Below, piece by piece: positions 13,740 through 27,505 of a stretch of DNA of 64,000 nucleotides. Source of the stretch: Eledone cirrhosa. Taxonomy: Eukaryota. The position numbers and the translations under genes were made by a program. Each line of letters begins with the position of its first letter. Position 1 is the stretch's first letter. The notes under the pieces are model-generated. The model worked only from the letters and a program-made list of their open reading frames with translations. It had not been told where the DNA came from and did no database searches. The stretch covers positions 300,576,001-300,640,000 of the forward strand of contig OZ024741.1 of NCBI GenBank assembly GCA_964016885.1. Reading direction: 5' to 3'.

Positions 13740-14278
13740 TTGTGTGTGTGTATATATATATGTATGTGTGTATGTATGTGTATGTATGTGTGTTTATGTG
13801 TGTACGTGTGTGTGTATATATATATATGTATATATATATATATGTATATGTATATCTATTTATATGTGTATATATGTGTATGTATATACCTTTTTCTTTG
13901 TATGTCTGAGTTGTGTGAGCGTGTAGTGGTGTTTGTATGTATATACGCATATATGGATGTGTATGTATTTGTATATATGCGTATATGTAAGTGCGTATGT
14001 GTGTGTGAGTATATTTCTATGTCTATGTATGAGTATGTATGTGTGTGTATGTATGTGTGTGTGTATGTATGTATGTGTGTATGTGTGTATGTATATATAT
14101 ATGTATATATATATGTATATATATGTATGTATATATATATGTATGTATATATATATATATATATTTATTATATGTGTGTGTGTGTGTGTGTATATATATC
14201 TTTATATATGTGTATGTGTATGTATGTGTAGGTGTGTGTGTGTGTATATATATATGTGTGTATATGTGTATGTGTGTG

Positions 14279-14323
<45 letters not shown>

Positions 14324-14448
14324 ATGTGTATGTGTGTGTATGTGTGTATATATATATTTATATATATATATATATTTATATGTGGGTATGTATGTGTATG
14401 TGTGTATATATATGAGTGTGTTTTTATATATATATGTGTGTAAATGTG

Positions 14449-14519
<71 letters not shown>

Positions 14520-14578
14520 GTATATATATGTATATATGTGTATATGTATGAGTGTGTATATATATACGTGTGTTGTGA

Positions 14579-14629
<51 letters not shown>

Positions 14630-15560
14630 CGTGTATGTGTATATGTGTGTAAAAATATATATATATATATATATATGTGTGTTTATGTGTGTATGTGTCT
14701 ATGTATTTATATGTGTATATGTATGTGTCTCTATATGTATGCGTGTGTGTATGTGTATGTGTATTTATATGGTATGTATATGTATATGTATGTGTATGTA
14801 TGTGTTTGTATATATGTGTATGTATATGTTTGTATATGTATGTGTGTGTATGCGTGTGTATTTATTTATATGTCTATATGTATGTATATCGATGTATATT
14901 TTATATTTTACTTGTTTGTATATATATATGTTTGTGTATGTATATGTGTATATATATATGTGTGTGTATATATGTGTGTATATATGTGTATATATATGTA
15001 TATGTATATGTGTGTGTGTGTGTATGTGTATGTGTGTGTGTATATATATATATATATATTTTCTTGATATATTTCTTTTTTCTTTTTCTTTTCTTTTTAT
15101 TTCTAAGTTTATAGATACATTTATAAATAGGCAGTCTGCCGACACCGTTGAATACTGACCTCTCCCCCCCCCCCCACCTAATTTCTGTATCCTGATCTAA
15201 ATATGTGTGGCAGTGTTTATGTGCGTGCATTAATGTCCATATGCTTATGATAATACTATATACACATATATATGTGTGGGGGTGTGTGTGTGTATGTATG
15301 TTCGTAGTTATGTGTATGTTTATGCATATACGCGCGTGTGTGTGTGAGTGTACGAATATGTGTGAGTATATGAATGTGTGTATACATTTATTTTATATTT
15401 ATGTGTCTATACGCATTTTATCTGTAGATTATAAACTTACAGAGACATTAGCCTTGAATTTTTGTATTTACATACATCTTTTTGGCATGCGTATGCATGT
15501 GAACATATATCTTTATGCAAATATGTGTACGAAGTTAATTACATGTATATACACACACCT
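12907..15560. repeat. Long compound (TA)n/(TG)n/(TATG)n microsatellite array
   Basis: Directly visible. It accounts for the many YI/CV-rich spurious ORFs here. Confidence 0.97.
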
Positions 15561-15657
15561 AACTGCATAAAATTTTTTGTATTTTCATTGGTCAATTTGA
15601 ACTCTGTTCCCAAACGGACCTGAAATTTTGAATTGTTGTTATTATCAATAAATATAT

Positions 15658-15812
15658 TTCATTATTTCTGAAGACGGCATATATATGTGTTTGGTATGTA
15701 TATTTAATTTTGATAGTTTGTATAATTTTGTATAATTTTGTACATAGATCTGTTGAATATGCATGCCAATTCTAACACATATATATCCTAGAAACGATCG
15801 TTAAATAATGAA
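15658..15812 (+). ncRNA. Type I hammerhead ribozyme with intact core and long stem II
   Basis: Stem I TTCATTATTT/AAATAATGAA (10 bp). CTGAAGA at 15668-15674. Stem II ATATATATGTGTT/AACACATATATAT. GAAAC-GATC-GTT at 15791-15802. Upstream TLFPNG (15601-15618) resembles a PLE ORF end. Confidence 0.85.
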
Positions 15813-16006
15813 CTTTTTTTTGTTTAATATAAGGAACTGTTTCATTGTTTTATTCATTATTTTTTTAATATTTTATCTTGACTCTGTATTCCGTTTATCT
15901 TTCACCGAAAGTGATTTTTCATTGCATCTCTTCTTTCCATGATATCCGGATTACATTGAGTTCTTCATACGGATTGGACACTACCGTAAACTCTTGGTAG
16001 ATTTAT

Positions 16007-16007
16007 C

Positions 16008-16091
<84 letters not shown>

Positions 16092-16154
16092 TGTGGGGGT
16101 GTGTGTGTGTGTGTGTAATATATATATTACACACACACACACACATACACACAC

Positions 16155-16188
<34 letters not shown>

Positions 16189-16439
16189 CCTTACACACTT
16201 AAATATAAATGCATTTATATATACAAATGTATAAATGCATAGCTATATACATACGTAAATGTATGTATGTATATATGTGTGTATGTAGATTTATATATAT
16301 GTATGTATGTAGATTTATATATGTGTATGTATGTATATTTATATATATATGTATGGATATTTATATATATATGTATGTATGTATATTTATACACATGTAT
16401 GTATCTTTATATATATATATATATATATATATGTAGATT

Positions 16440-16486
<47 letters not shown>

Positions 16487-16497
16487 GTGTGTATATT

Positions 16498-16530
<33 letters not shown>

Positions 16531-16566
16531 ATGTATATATATATATATGTATGTATATTTATATAT

Positions 16567-16600
<34 letters not shown>

Positions 16601-16669
16601 ACATATATATAAATATATATAATATATATATATATATAATATATATATATATATATACTATATATATAA

Positions 16670-16730
<61 letters not shown>
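16007..16730. repeat. (TA)n-dominated compound microsatellite
   Basis: Directly visible. Confidence 0.95.
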
Positions 16731-17219
16731 ACATGATGGCTGCCCCCTCGTTATCGAGTATGGCCATTGCACGAGAAGAAAAAAAAAAAAAGAAAAAATA
16801 ATAATAATAATAATAATAATAATAAAGAAAGAAAAAAAAAAAGAAATATATATATATACATACATATATACATACACACATACATACACATACACTCACA
16901 CATATACACACATACATTAATAACAATAATAATAATAATAATAATAATAATGATTTCATTTATTAGCCACAAGGGCCGACATGTAGGGGACAATACAAAG
17001 ACAGGGACAGTGGGGGTTTACAATAAGGTCGAGTAAAAGTGCACAATGGCAAAACTAATTTAACAATGAAAATATAAAAATATAAAATAAACTATGCAGA
17101 ATATAACAAAATAAATTCCCCGATAGGGGCTGGACGACCCTGGGTTTATTCGGGTACCCCACCAATCCTGAACCACCCTGCGCCTCTAGGGCACCCAGGA
17201 GAGCACCCCTCTCCTCAAG

Positions 17220-20200
17220 TTAGCCAGCCTGTAGGCGCATGGTCAGAGTAGGCCCATTCACACGAGCCATTCTCGCCACATTCACCCACCTTTTAGCAAA
17301 TGTACTGGTGGGCAGCACTTCTCTCTCCACCCTCACCCTCCTTTCCAGGTGAAACTTGAAGAAGTTGATGAGGGATTGGCCAAAGAGAAAAGTGTCTGTC
17401 TTTAGTCCTTTCAACCTGGTCCACCATATAATCTCTTTCGCAACTGCCACCAGACAGAGGAAAATGTCCTGCTCTTCCTGACCTAAGGAAGGTGGTGGCT
17501 CGATCTTCACTATGGACTCGGCCGATAACCGGATTCGTTCCACACGCGACAGTAGCTGTTCGACATAACTCCACAAGTCAGTAATGCACGGACATTGGAC
17601 AAGTGAGTGCAGAACGGTTTCGTCGTTCTGTGCGCATCTTGGGCAGGTCCGTCTGACAGCACTTCCGTGCCTGTAGAGTTTATCCCGAACCGGCAGTGCC
17701 CCCCGGTAGCACTGCCAAGCGAGGGATTTCTGGAAATTGTCCATCGTCCCCGGCTCAAAAGTCCTCCGGTACAGACTGGTCAGTTCGACTTCGTCGAGAC
17801 CCAAAGCTTCTCCGAGTGCGTCATCGCACTTGCCCACCACTAATCCTCTATAGAACTCGAGAGTGGAAGTTCCACTGATCGCATTTCCCGCTTGGTAGAG
17901 GGCAGTGAGTGCCTGGCAACATTCCAGGTGCCAGTCACCCAGTCTCGGTCTCTTCTTGACCCAGGACTGCAGCTCAGTCAAAGAAATGAGCTGCGGAAAG
18001 GCCCGTCTGATAAACGGCGACCACACCTGTTCACCATTGAGGCAGAATATCTGGAGATGTCGCAGCCTCAACGCATGTCTACGCATCATTAGCCACGGCA
18101 TGCCCAGCCCTCCGTGTAGAGGGTGCTGGCAGCAGATGGACCGCCTCACCAACGGAACTTGTCCCCTCCACAAGAATTTGAAGAGGAGCCGTTCCAACTT
18201 GACGAGGCGCGGATGGGGGCAAGGCACGACGGTTAGGCGGTAATAGATGACGGACGCGATGTACGCATTCGCCACCTCCGCGCGACCTTTCAGTGATAAC
18301 TTCCTCCCAGCCCATTCTTGGGTGAGACTGGCTACTCTGCTCGTTACCTCGTCCCAATTCTTTTCCACCTGGAGGTCTGGTTCGAACCAAACCCCGAGCA
18401 ACTTTACTGGTCCGTCCGTCCAGCGCCCCACGACGCTGTTGGACGGCATGGGCTTGCCTCTCCAGGTTCCGAGCTGCAAGCCCACCGACTTTTCCGGGTT
18501 AAGTTTGGCTCCTGTCAACCTTTCATATTCCTTCAATAAGGTGCCGACCACCTCGATTTCTGAGGTGTTCGACACCATCACGGTGATGTCGTCCGCATAA
18601 GCCGACACCGCCTTTCCACGTCCCGGTTCGAGCGGGATGCCCTGCAACAGCTCCAGCTTCCGCAGTAAAGGCTCGAAAGTCAATACGTACAGAAGGGAAA
18701 AGAGAGGGCACCCTTGACGGACCGATCGGGAGAGCCGAAATGGTTCCAAGAGGTGGCCATTAACCTTGACCACCGAGCGTGTGCCGCTGTTCATTGCAAC
18801 GATCCAGCTTCTAAAGACAGGGCCGAAGCCAGCTGCTTTGAGGACAAACTCCAGATACCGATGATCGACCCTATCGATTGCTTTCGATTGATCTAAATTG
18901 ATCAGTGCCCCACCGAAGCCAGGTTTACACCCTACCCTCTCTATGATGTATCGCATGAGGTGGAGATTGTCGTGTATGGACCTGGCTGGGATTGCGCAAG
19001 TTTGCGCCTCCCCAACCAAATCATGGACGACAAGCGCCAATCTCTTTGCTAACACCTTGGTCAAAATCTTAAACTCTGTGTTGAGCAGAGTTATGGGCCT
19101 AAAGTTGTCTAATGTATCCCTCTTGTTCTCGTCTTTCCTTTTCAGCGTCACCACTCCCCTGCTCACAGAACTGGGAATACTCCCATTCTGCTGCCAGTTA
19201 CAGTAGAGTGCTTCGAGGAGTTCGGAGAACAAGTCTGGCATATTTACGTAAAGCTCGTAGGGCAGGCCATCCAAACCGGGTGACTTACGCCTCATGCAGC
19301 CGACAAGGGCGTCCTGAATTTCGGCTGAAGTAATCGGCCTTTCGCAGCGCTCAGCGTCGACCGTCGAGATGCGCGGCAAGCCGTCAAGGTAGGGACTGAA
19401 ATCCGCTATTCTCTCTGACTCGCCACTCTCCCCGAACAACCGAGCAAAGTGCTGGCAAAAGGCCTCACACATCCGCTTGGAATCGCTTATCTCGTGTCCG
19501 TCTCCGTCCGCCAAAGACCGAATTGTGGTTTTATTACCACGTTGCGCCTCTGCCACGCGGGCCCATAGAACAGCTTTAGTTCCCTCGTTGCTCAGCGCAC
19601 GCGCCTTAGCTCTGACAATGCAACCTTCGTGTTTGGCATTGAAGAAATGGTCTAATGCCATTCTCGCCGCTAGCACGTCAGTTGCGATGCCACTACAAAT
19701 AGCCTCGTCTAACTTATCTACCAGCTCCCCCTCCTTTCTATTTTTCTCTAACGCTAGTTCTTTGCTGAACTCTATCGAAGTTACTCTAATCTCTCTTTTG
19801 AGAGCCCCCCACCATCTGTTGTTGATGATCCCCCCTGTCAACTTTTGCTTAACTATCTTATTGACTCGGTCCCTGTAAGCCTTACGTGCCGGAAATGACA
19901 TGTTCAGCTTCCAGTAACCCGGTCCTAACCTACGCGTTTTATTTAGGTCGACCGTACAGATCACAAATTTGTGATCTGAATAGGCGACCGTTTTAAAAAG
20001 TGGACAGCCCACACTATTTCTATCTATTTTCCTAATGAAGATTCTGTCTATATACGATCAAGATGACCCCATTCGGTTGGTCCATGTCCATACTGGCACA
20101 TTGGGGAAATCTAGTCGATACCTGTCAGACAGTTGGAACTGGCTGAGTAGGTGCTTGAGGCTTTTGCACCCCCCGCTCCTATCGGCTACTCCCACACAAT

Positions 20201-20651
20201 CCCAGCGTGCGTCTAAGATGCCATTCCAGTCCCCCGCTAACAGTAAAGGGCGAGACGTACCCAGAAAGTCTCCAGGCGCCTAAAGAAGTCAGGTCGTCCG
20301 GCCCCTGTAGGGGCGTAGACGGCCAGCAGTCTAAAGGCACCACCTTCGCTACTACTCACATCCAAGACCACCAACTTACCGTCCGGGTCCCGGAAGATCG
20401 ACCTTACCTCGAGATCCAGTCCTTTCCTAAACAGCACTGCCACCCCACCCCCCCATTCCCGGCCTGCTAACAGATGCGAAGATCTGATAGTCGTCGAAAA
20501 TGGGGGCTAGTGCACGCGTGTCGGAAATTCTGGTCTCGCTTACGGCAATCACATCCATTTCCAGCGACCGGAGGTCGTTGAGCAGCCGACCCTGCTTCCA
20601 GGGTGACCCCAGGCCGCGAACATTTAAACTTCCTACTCTTAATATGGCCAT
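17220..20651 (-). pseudogene. Tx1-type ORF2: AP endonuclease, reverse transcriptase and CCHC domain, with frameshifts in the endonuclease
   Basis: SLNVRGL, SETR, YSDH, PGYWKLN, KSPGLDGLPYE, FRPITLLN, RQGCP, AYADD and CPRCAQNDETVLHSLVQC. 930 aa are uninterrupted (20012-17220). Frameshifts lie near 20445 and 20260. Confidence 0.93.
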
Positions 20652-20660
20652 ATTGGTAAG

Positions 20661-22643
20661 CTAAGAGAGAGAGAGGGAAGGTTTACTTACCTCCCGGGTC
20701 TTGTGAAGGTCGGGTGGTTCGACCTCCATGGTTGGTGGGGTTTCTTTTGGGAACCCCTTTAAAAGTCTTGATGTGGGTTTCACATTCGGATTTCCCACGT
20801 CTTGAGGAAAGCTCTCTCGAATTTCTTTGAAAGAATTGAGTGACATTCGGACCAGAAGCAAATCTTCTGGCACGCAAAGTGTGCTCATTTCAAAAATCTC
20901 CCCCTCTGTTTGAATGTCTTCGCTTCGCGCTAAGAGGGCCATCAGTTTATCGTTGGCCCTTCTGACAAGCACGAAGTTTTTAACATTTTGTTGGTGTGGT
21001 TTTATTTGTTTTCGTTTTGGTGAAGGTGGTGGCGATGGTTTTGATGGTGTTGTTTCGGGTATGTCTATGTTTGTTGTAGGTGTGGTGTCTGCAATTTCAG
21101 GTATTTGTGTGTTTATTTGTACTTGTGTTTGTTTAGGTTGTTTGCGTTTCGGGGATTGTGGAGGTGGTGTCGATGTTGCTGATGTTATTGGGGAAGTGTC
21201 TGCGTTAGTGGTGTCTGTATTTTTTGTTGTGTGTGTTTTTGTGTTTTGTTGGGGCTTTTTTTTTTGTGAGTTTTCTCTGTTTTTTTGCACTTTTGGGTTT
21301 TCCTTCATCTTCGCTGCTGGAAGACAAAGGGTCTGTGTCTGTGAGTGTCTCTGTGTCTGTGTGTGCGTTTATTTATTTTGTTTTGCCTATGTATATAGTT
21401 GGGGGGGGGGGGGGGTAGGGGGAGTGGGAGAGCTTTCCTCGTTTTCTCCTTGGATTGGTTTTGGTGTTGGTGGTGATCCGGCTGCTTTTGATGTTGGTGT
21501 CCGTGTCTTTGTTGATGTTGTTTTTGGTGGTGGTGGTGGTGCAGCTTTCCTTGCTGACACTGGCGTTGGCAACAAAAGAGGTTTGCGACCCCCTGCATTT
21601 TTGCGCTGAGGGCAGAAGGCTTGAAGATGCGTGGCTTCCCCGCAAACGAAGCAGCGTGGCCTTCTTCCGTCAATCATTAGTTGGATTGTTGTCCCGTCCT
21701 GCAGGCGGGCAAAATCTGGGATGTTATTTATATCCTCCGGTTTCAATTGGAGAAGAATCTCCAAATCCATTCCGGACCAGTCTTCTCTCTCTGTCCTTTT
21801 GATGTCCAGGAGGGTGGTGTCTGTCCCCTCCTCGATTACGCATCCCAGCAGCCACCATATGTTCATTCCTGGTGGGATGCTGGGAATGCGTACCTTCACT
21901 GTCCTGTTACCCATATAGGACAGATGCATGATAATGCGTTCCGTTCTGCAGGGGATCACCAAGTGCTTAATAGCGAGGGCCTCGGATTTGAACAGTACCG
22001 AGATGGTACCGAACTGTTTGCCTCTTGCTTTGTACTCTATGTTACTTCCGATGTACTCCAAAGCAGCCTCTACCTCTGCTTGGCTCGCAAGTTCCACTTT
22101 TCGTGTCTGCACCGAAATACATCGAAAGAGCACCGTCCTCCTTTGCATGGCCGCTATTGCCTCGTCCGGGATGGTCAGGTTTGCCCAGGACTTCTCCCGT
22201 TTAATTAGCCTCCACTCTTTGGCCCACTGTTCGTCTTTATCGCTAATATCAATATCGATATTCAATAAGCGCTTTGTTTTTGCTGCTGCTGCTGCAGCAA
22301 ATGTGGTGTTTCTGATGCTCTTATTGTTGTTGTTGTCATTCTTCCTGTTGCCACCGCCATCCTTGTTTACATTGAAGCTGTCGGTGTTTTTGTCGTTATT
22401 GCTCTGAGTTGTTGTTGTTATGGTGGTGGTGGTGGTGGTGGCGGTGGTGGTGATGTCGTTTTCAGATGATACTGCTGCTATGCCAGAAGGTTGTGATGGT
22501 AGCTTTTTAGTTTTGCCTTCACATTCAGTAGAGTGGATGACAGGCATGACTGTAGCCGTCGTAGTCGTGGTGAAATCTGCAGTGGCTGCCTTTAAACTTT
22601 TGTCCTGAACGTTGTTTACCGTTTCAAGGTCGAAAATTTCCAT
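20661..22643 (-). pseudogene. Tx1-type ORF1 (gag-like, zinc knuckle) with two in-frame stops
   Basis: CFVCGEATHLQAFC knuckle and T/N/P-rich tracts. ORFs 22643-21387 and 21308-20661 share one frame, separated by a TAG and a TAA near 21370-21389. Confidence 0.85.
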
Positions 22644-22873
22644 AATTTTCTTTTGGTGGGGAAGCGATTTTTTTCGAAGATTTTAAAAAATAAATCTGAA
22701 TATCCGGGCTTAAAGTCCGAATATTGAGAGGTATCCCTCTCTTTAAATCAAGATGTGTACCTTAAGTTTCGTTAATGACAAGAAAATGCAAAAAAAAGAC
22801 ACTTTAAAACAGCTTAAAGCTACGAACCTTTTCCCCCGCAGACTTGTCTATCTTCACACATGTGCGGCCATAG

Positions 22874-22927
<54 letters not shown>

Positions 22928-23006
22928 GCAATAATAATAATAACGACAACAACAATAATAATATACATATTCATATATATATACACACACACGCACGCAC
23001 ATAAGC

Positions 23007-23090
<84 letters not shown>

Positions 23091-23092
<2 letters not shown>

Positions 23093-26000
23093 TAGCAACT
23101 AACAGTGCTGCGATCGAATGTGGCTTTTTAGCCCAGCCAATGATCTAAAATGTCTTGCACAGAGTCGGTAACCAAAGCATTCGCTGGGAATAGTCGGCTG
23201 TGGTTGGAGTTCGTGTACTTTTGCATGTCGCTTGAGCCCTCCTGCTGATTTACATTCTCTACCACATGTTTGGCAAGCATGATGAGTAGCATCTCCAACA
23301 GCAGCCTGGTAGTCAACCACTGGTCTTACTTTATGACTGCGAAGATGACTTTCGAGTCCAGCTTTGCTTAGGCAGAGTCTCGCACAGACGCTGCACGTCA
23401 GCACCATAGCAGGACCCTCGCCGTCTGGAAGTGCAACAGCAATGCCCTTCCTCACGTCCCGCTTTACTTTCTCGTGTGCCATTCGAGATGCCTCAAAGGC
23501 AACTTTTCCCTCATATACAGTCTTTCTCCATTTATTACGATCAGCAGCAATATTCTCCCATGTATCAGCAGAGATGTTAGCGTCTTTCAGAGAGGCTTTC
23601 AAGGAATCCTTATACCTCTTTTTTGGTTTATGTGGCGGTCGTTTTCCTTTAACCAACTCTCCATAGAAGAGTTGTTTTGGTATTCTAGAATCCTTCATCC
23701 TGGCAAGGTGACCACTCCAACGGAGTCGTTGCTTAAGCACAAGAGCTTCTATACTGTCACACATAGAGCTTGCCAAAATCTCGACATCACTGATGTGGTC
23801 CCTCCAGTGAACGCCATGGATCCATTTTTACTGAGATAGGCTCCGACATGTTACCTCCGACATTAACCCAAGCCTTCATGTCGTCATGGAAAGACCTAAC
23901 TAAAGCAAGGAACTTATCAGGGCAACCAAGTTTCTGGAGAACCTTCCATAATGCATCTCTGTTGACAGTATCGAAAGCCTTTGTCAGATCGACAAAAACC
24001 TGATACAGATCCAAGCCTTGTTCAATGCACTTCTCCTGGAGCTGTCTAGCTGAGAAGATCATATCAGTAGTGCCGCGTCCAGCACGAAAACCAGATTGAC
24101 TTTCAGGAAGAACACAATCTGCAATGTGTGTCAGCAGACGGTCCAGAAGCACCCTACATAAAACCTTCCCTACGACAGAAAGCAATGATATACCTCTGTA
24201 GTTCCCACAATCATTCATGTTACCCTTTCCCTTGTACAAGACCACCATTACTGCATCTCTCCAGTCCTCAGGCACGGATTCATTAGCCCATATCATTCCA
24301 AACAAAGAGTGAAGATGTTGCAGGAGTCTCTCACCACCATATTGTAGGAGCTCAGCACGTATGCCATCCATACCTGGAGATCTTCCACTGTTCAGCTTCG
24401 AAATAGCCACTGCAACCTCCACAAGCGTCGGGGGTTCTGCGAGAGCTACTTTCACAGGACTTTCTGGAATGAGATTGAGGAAATCTTCACTGACGACAGA
24501 CGGCTGATTCAAAAGATCATCAAAGTGCTCTCGCCACCTTCGTAGAATTCCCTGTGAGTCACGAAGAAGTTCTTTGCCATCCTTGCTGCGAATCGGTGTC
24601 ACCAGAGAAGAAGACGGTCCATAAACCTCACGCAAGAGACTGTACAACAGCTTTGTGTTATTGCAATCAGACGCAGTTTGTATCTCACCAGCCTTCTCAC
24701 TCCACCACTGATCCTTCATCTGAGAAAGACTCCGCCTAACACGTGATTTTACATCCCTGAGCTCCTCATGCAACGTATTCCTCTCCTGTGGTTTTGCCGT
24801 CAAGTAGCGTGACAGAGCACGCCTCTTATCAGCCAACAAGTCTTCTATATGTACATCATTCTCATTAAACCAGTCCTGATGTTTTCTCTGCACCAATCGC
24901 AGAACACGCCTGCCTACGTCATAAACCGACTTTTTAAGGGTCGGCCAATCCTCACCAAGATCTGCAGCCTGCATCTCTTCTTCCAATGTCCTCTTCACAT
25001 TTTTATCCTTAAGACGAGCAGCATTCAATCTGTTGGGCAGGGTAACACCAGGAGCCCGGATTTTACGTTTGGTGATTAGATTCACTTTTGCGCGTACCAG
25101 GCGGTGGTCCGTCCAACACTCAGCTCCACGAAGAACACGAACACACTGCACATCCTGTCTGTCACGCATCCTGACTAGGACGTAGTCCAAAAGATGCCAT
25201 TCCTTAGATGCAGGATGCATCCATGTGGTCTTGAATTTGTTCTTTTGTTGGAACATGGTGTTGGTAACACACAGATCCAGCTCCTCACACATCTGCAGCA
25301 GGAGCATACCATTGCTGTTACACTTTCCCACCCCATGCCTTCCGATTACATTCCATGTGTTAAAATCCCTACCCACTCTAGCATTAAAGTCACCAAGCAC
25401 GATGACTTTGTCTGCCTGAGGGCTTATTTCTTAGAACACCTTTCAAGGCATGGTAAAAGGACAGTTTTTCTTCATCGACAGAATTCATAGTTGGAGCATA
25501 CACACTCACCAGGGTAGCATGTCTTCCCTTGTCCAGCGGAACTCTCATGGACATAAGACGCTCACTAATCCCTACTGGGAATTCTTCTAATTTATTCACA
25601 AGTACAGTCTTAACAGCAAATCCTACCCCAGCCTCTCTTCTGGTTTCTTCATCTCTTCCTTTCCAGAAGAATGTATATTCTCCACAAAATTCCGTAAGAT
25701 GACCATCTCCAGCTAACCTCGTCTCAGATAAAGCCACGATGTCAAGATCGTAACGTCGAAGCTCCTTTGCAACAAGAGCGGTCCTTCGTTCCAAAGAATC
25801 CCTGTCAAGCAGCGTCCGTACGTTCCAGCAGCCAAGACTAAATGCCCTGTTTGGCTCTATTACAATGGCACGATGATGGGCGGGCCCAGGTTGTGATAAC
25901 TTGGGGCCCCTGCCCTTATTGCCAATGATCTTTTTTGTTCCAGAACCTAAATTGGCAATTATCTCTTTTACATTGTTCTGGAACAACATTGAATTGGAAA

Positions 26001-26350
26001 AAAAAAAAAAGTTATAATAATAGTAATAATAATAATAATAATAATAGTACACTATTAATAATTATTAATGCACTCGTGCAATGCCTGTGCGTGACGAATA
26101 TTTTTAAAGTGAGGAAAGACTGTGCACTGAGCCAATCCCACTCTCTGAGCGACAGTAGCCATAACCCGAAAAGAAGAAAAGATCAACATCATCGGTAACT
26201 ACTGAGCCGCAGGTTTTATATCGGAGTTAACCCAGTTTCCTGAGATGCCTTCTCCTAGAAGAATGCCCTGACAAGGGCTAGGGGTTCTTCACTCCCAGTG
26301 GTTTAACTGCGCGATCGGGCATCCAGCCCGATTATTTCTATGTCCCCGCG
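23091..26350 (-). mobile_element. RTE-clade LINE with an internal deletion of the RT core and three C-terminal C2H2 fingers
   Basis: WNVRTL, LSETRL, VYAPT, GDFNARVG, WTDH, NYRGISLL, PESQSGFR, FVDLTKAFDTV. It jumps near 23820 to LRWSGHLARM..RIPKQLFYGEL, with no YADD motif. The 3' end abuts a (CA)n tract. Confidence 0.92.
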
Positions 26351-27505
26351 CAAAAAAAAAAAAAAAAAAAAATCACTTATTGACACTTATACGTACGACA
26401 TACACACACACGCATACATATGCGCGCACACAGCAACACTCATACATACAAACAAACACACACACACGCTACTCTACTCACTTACACGCACACACATATA
26501 TATATATATATTACCGTCATTACTGATACAAGATTACAAGATTATGTCAACTGTTGACTTTCAAGAGTTTGTATAGTTGAAGCCGATCGTATTCCAGTCC
26601 AGTATTACTATAATTGCTTTACAGCATAGAGTTATGGCTCTCCACGGAGTCAACAAAAGAGAGTACCAGTGATGCGCTGGCCAGTCGCTGGATCCGTGCC
26701 AAAAGCAGAAAAATTATTATTAAAGTTGTTTTCTTAAGGCCAGGTCGCTGGTGATGGTGATGGCGGTGGCGGTTGATGTTGTTGTTGTGTTGTGTGTGTG
26801 TGTGTGTGTGTGTGTGTTTTGTTATTTTGATTTTTTTTTTTTTTTTTTATTTTCCCTTCCCCTTTTCTTTTTTCTTTTCCCTTCCTTTTTTTATGTTTTG
26901 ATGCCGCTGTTGTTGTTGTTGTTGTAAATGTTCATTTCAGTTCATTCTGAGGCTGTTGTTGCTGTAAACATTAGATCCCGGTGTTGTTGTTGTTGTAGAT
27001 GTTGGGGTTGAAATCTGGTTGTTTGACTGAGTGATGTATATACACACATATACATACACACACATATATATATACACATTCAACAGAGAGTAGAGAGTTT
27101 GACAACAGGTCGATGACTTTAGTCTAGATAGGGTATGGTATGGTAATGACATGTGATGGTGAGGAGAGAGTGTAGACGTTATTGTGGTGGTGGGGACAGT
27201 GAGATGTATCTAGTTCATTTGACCGTTTTCTTCTCTTAGCAAAATTTGAATTTTAGCCATGTTATATTGAAATGTAAGTAAATGTAAAATGTAAAATATA
27301 AATAAGGATTGCTCTGCTAAAATATACTAAACTATTTGTGTAACTTCCACAAACTTCTGTCGTGACATTCCCGAGTCCAGTGACCAAAAGATTGTTGTAT
27401 TTTGATGTTTCAGAATACAAAAATTAATTAAAAACTTACCCCACGAAAAGACAGCGTGTGTTGTCCTATCTATAAGCTCCCTCATATATATACATACATA
27501 CATAC

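Larger units (their letters stand above)
16952..22872 (-). mobile_element. Near full-length L1/Tx1-type LINE flanked by (TAA)n
   Basis: 5' UTR, ORF1, ORF2 and a 3' UTR with AATAAA (16959-16964, minus). (TAA)n lies on both sides (16925-16951 and 22874-22960). Confidence 0.92.

Noticed and set aside
12907-16959. Many long ORFs rich in Y/I/C/V/H/T, also at 35.8, 40, 44 and 51.5 kb
   Set aside because: They are translations of dinucleotide microsatellites that lack stop codons.
20914-21609. 231-aa plus-strand ORF and other ORFs antisense to the LINEs
   Set aside because: These are antisense shadows of low-complexity ORF1/ORF2 sequence with no independent motifs.
26700-27460. Low-complexity minus-strand stretch resembling a LINE ORF1 start
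   Set aside because: Only compositional similarity, with no diagnostic motif.
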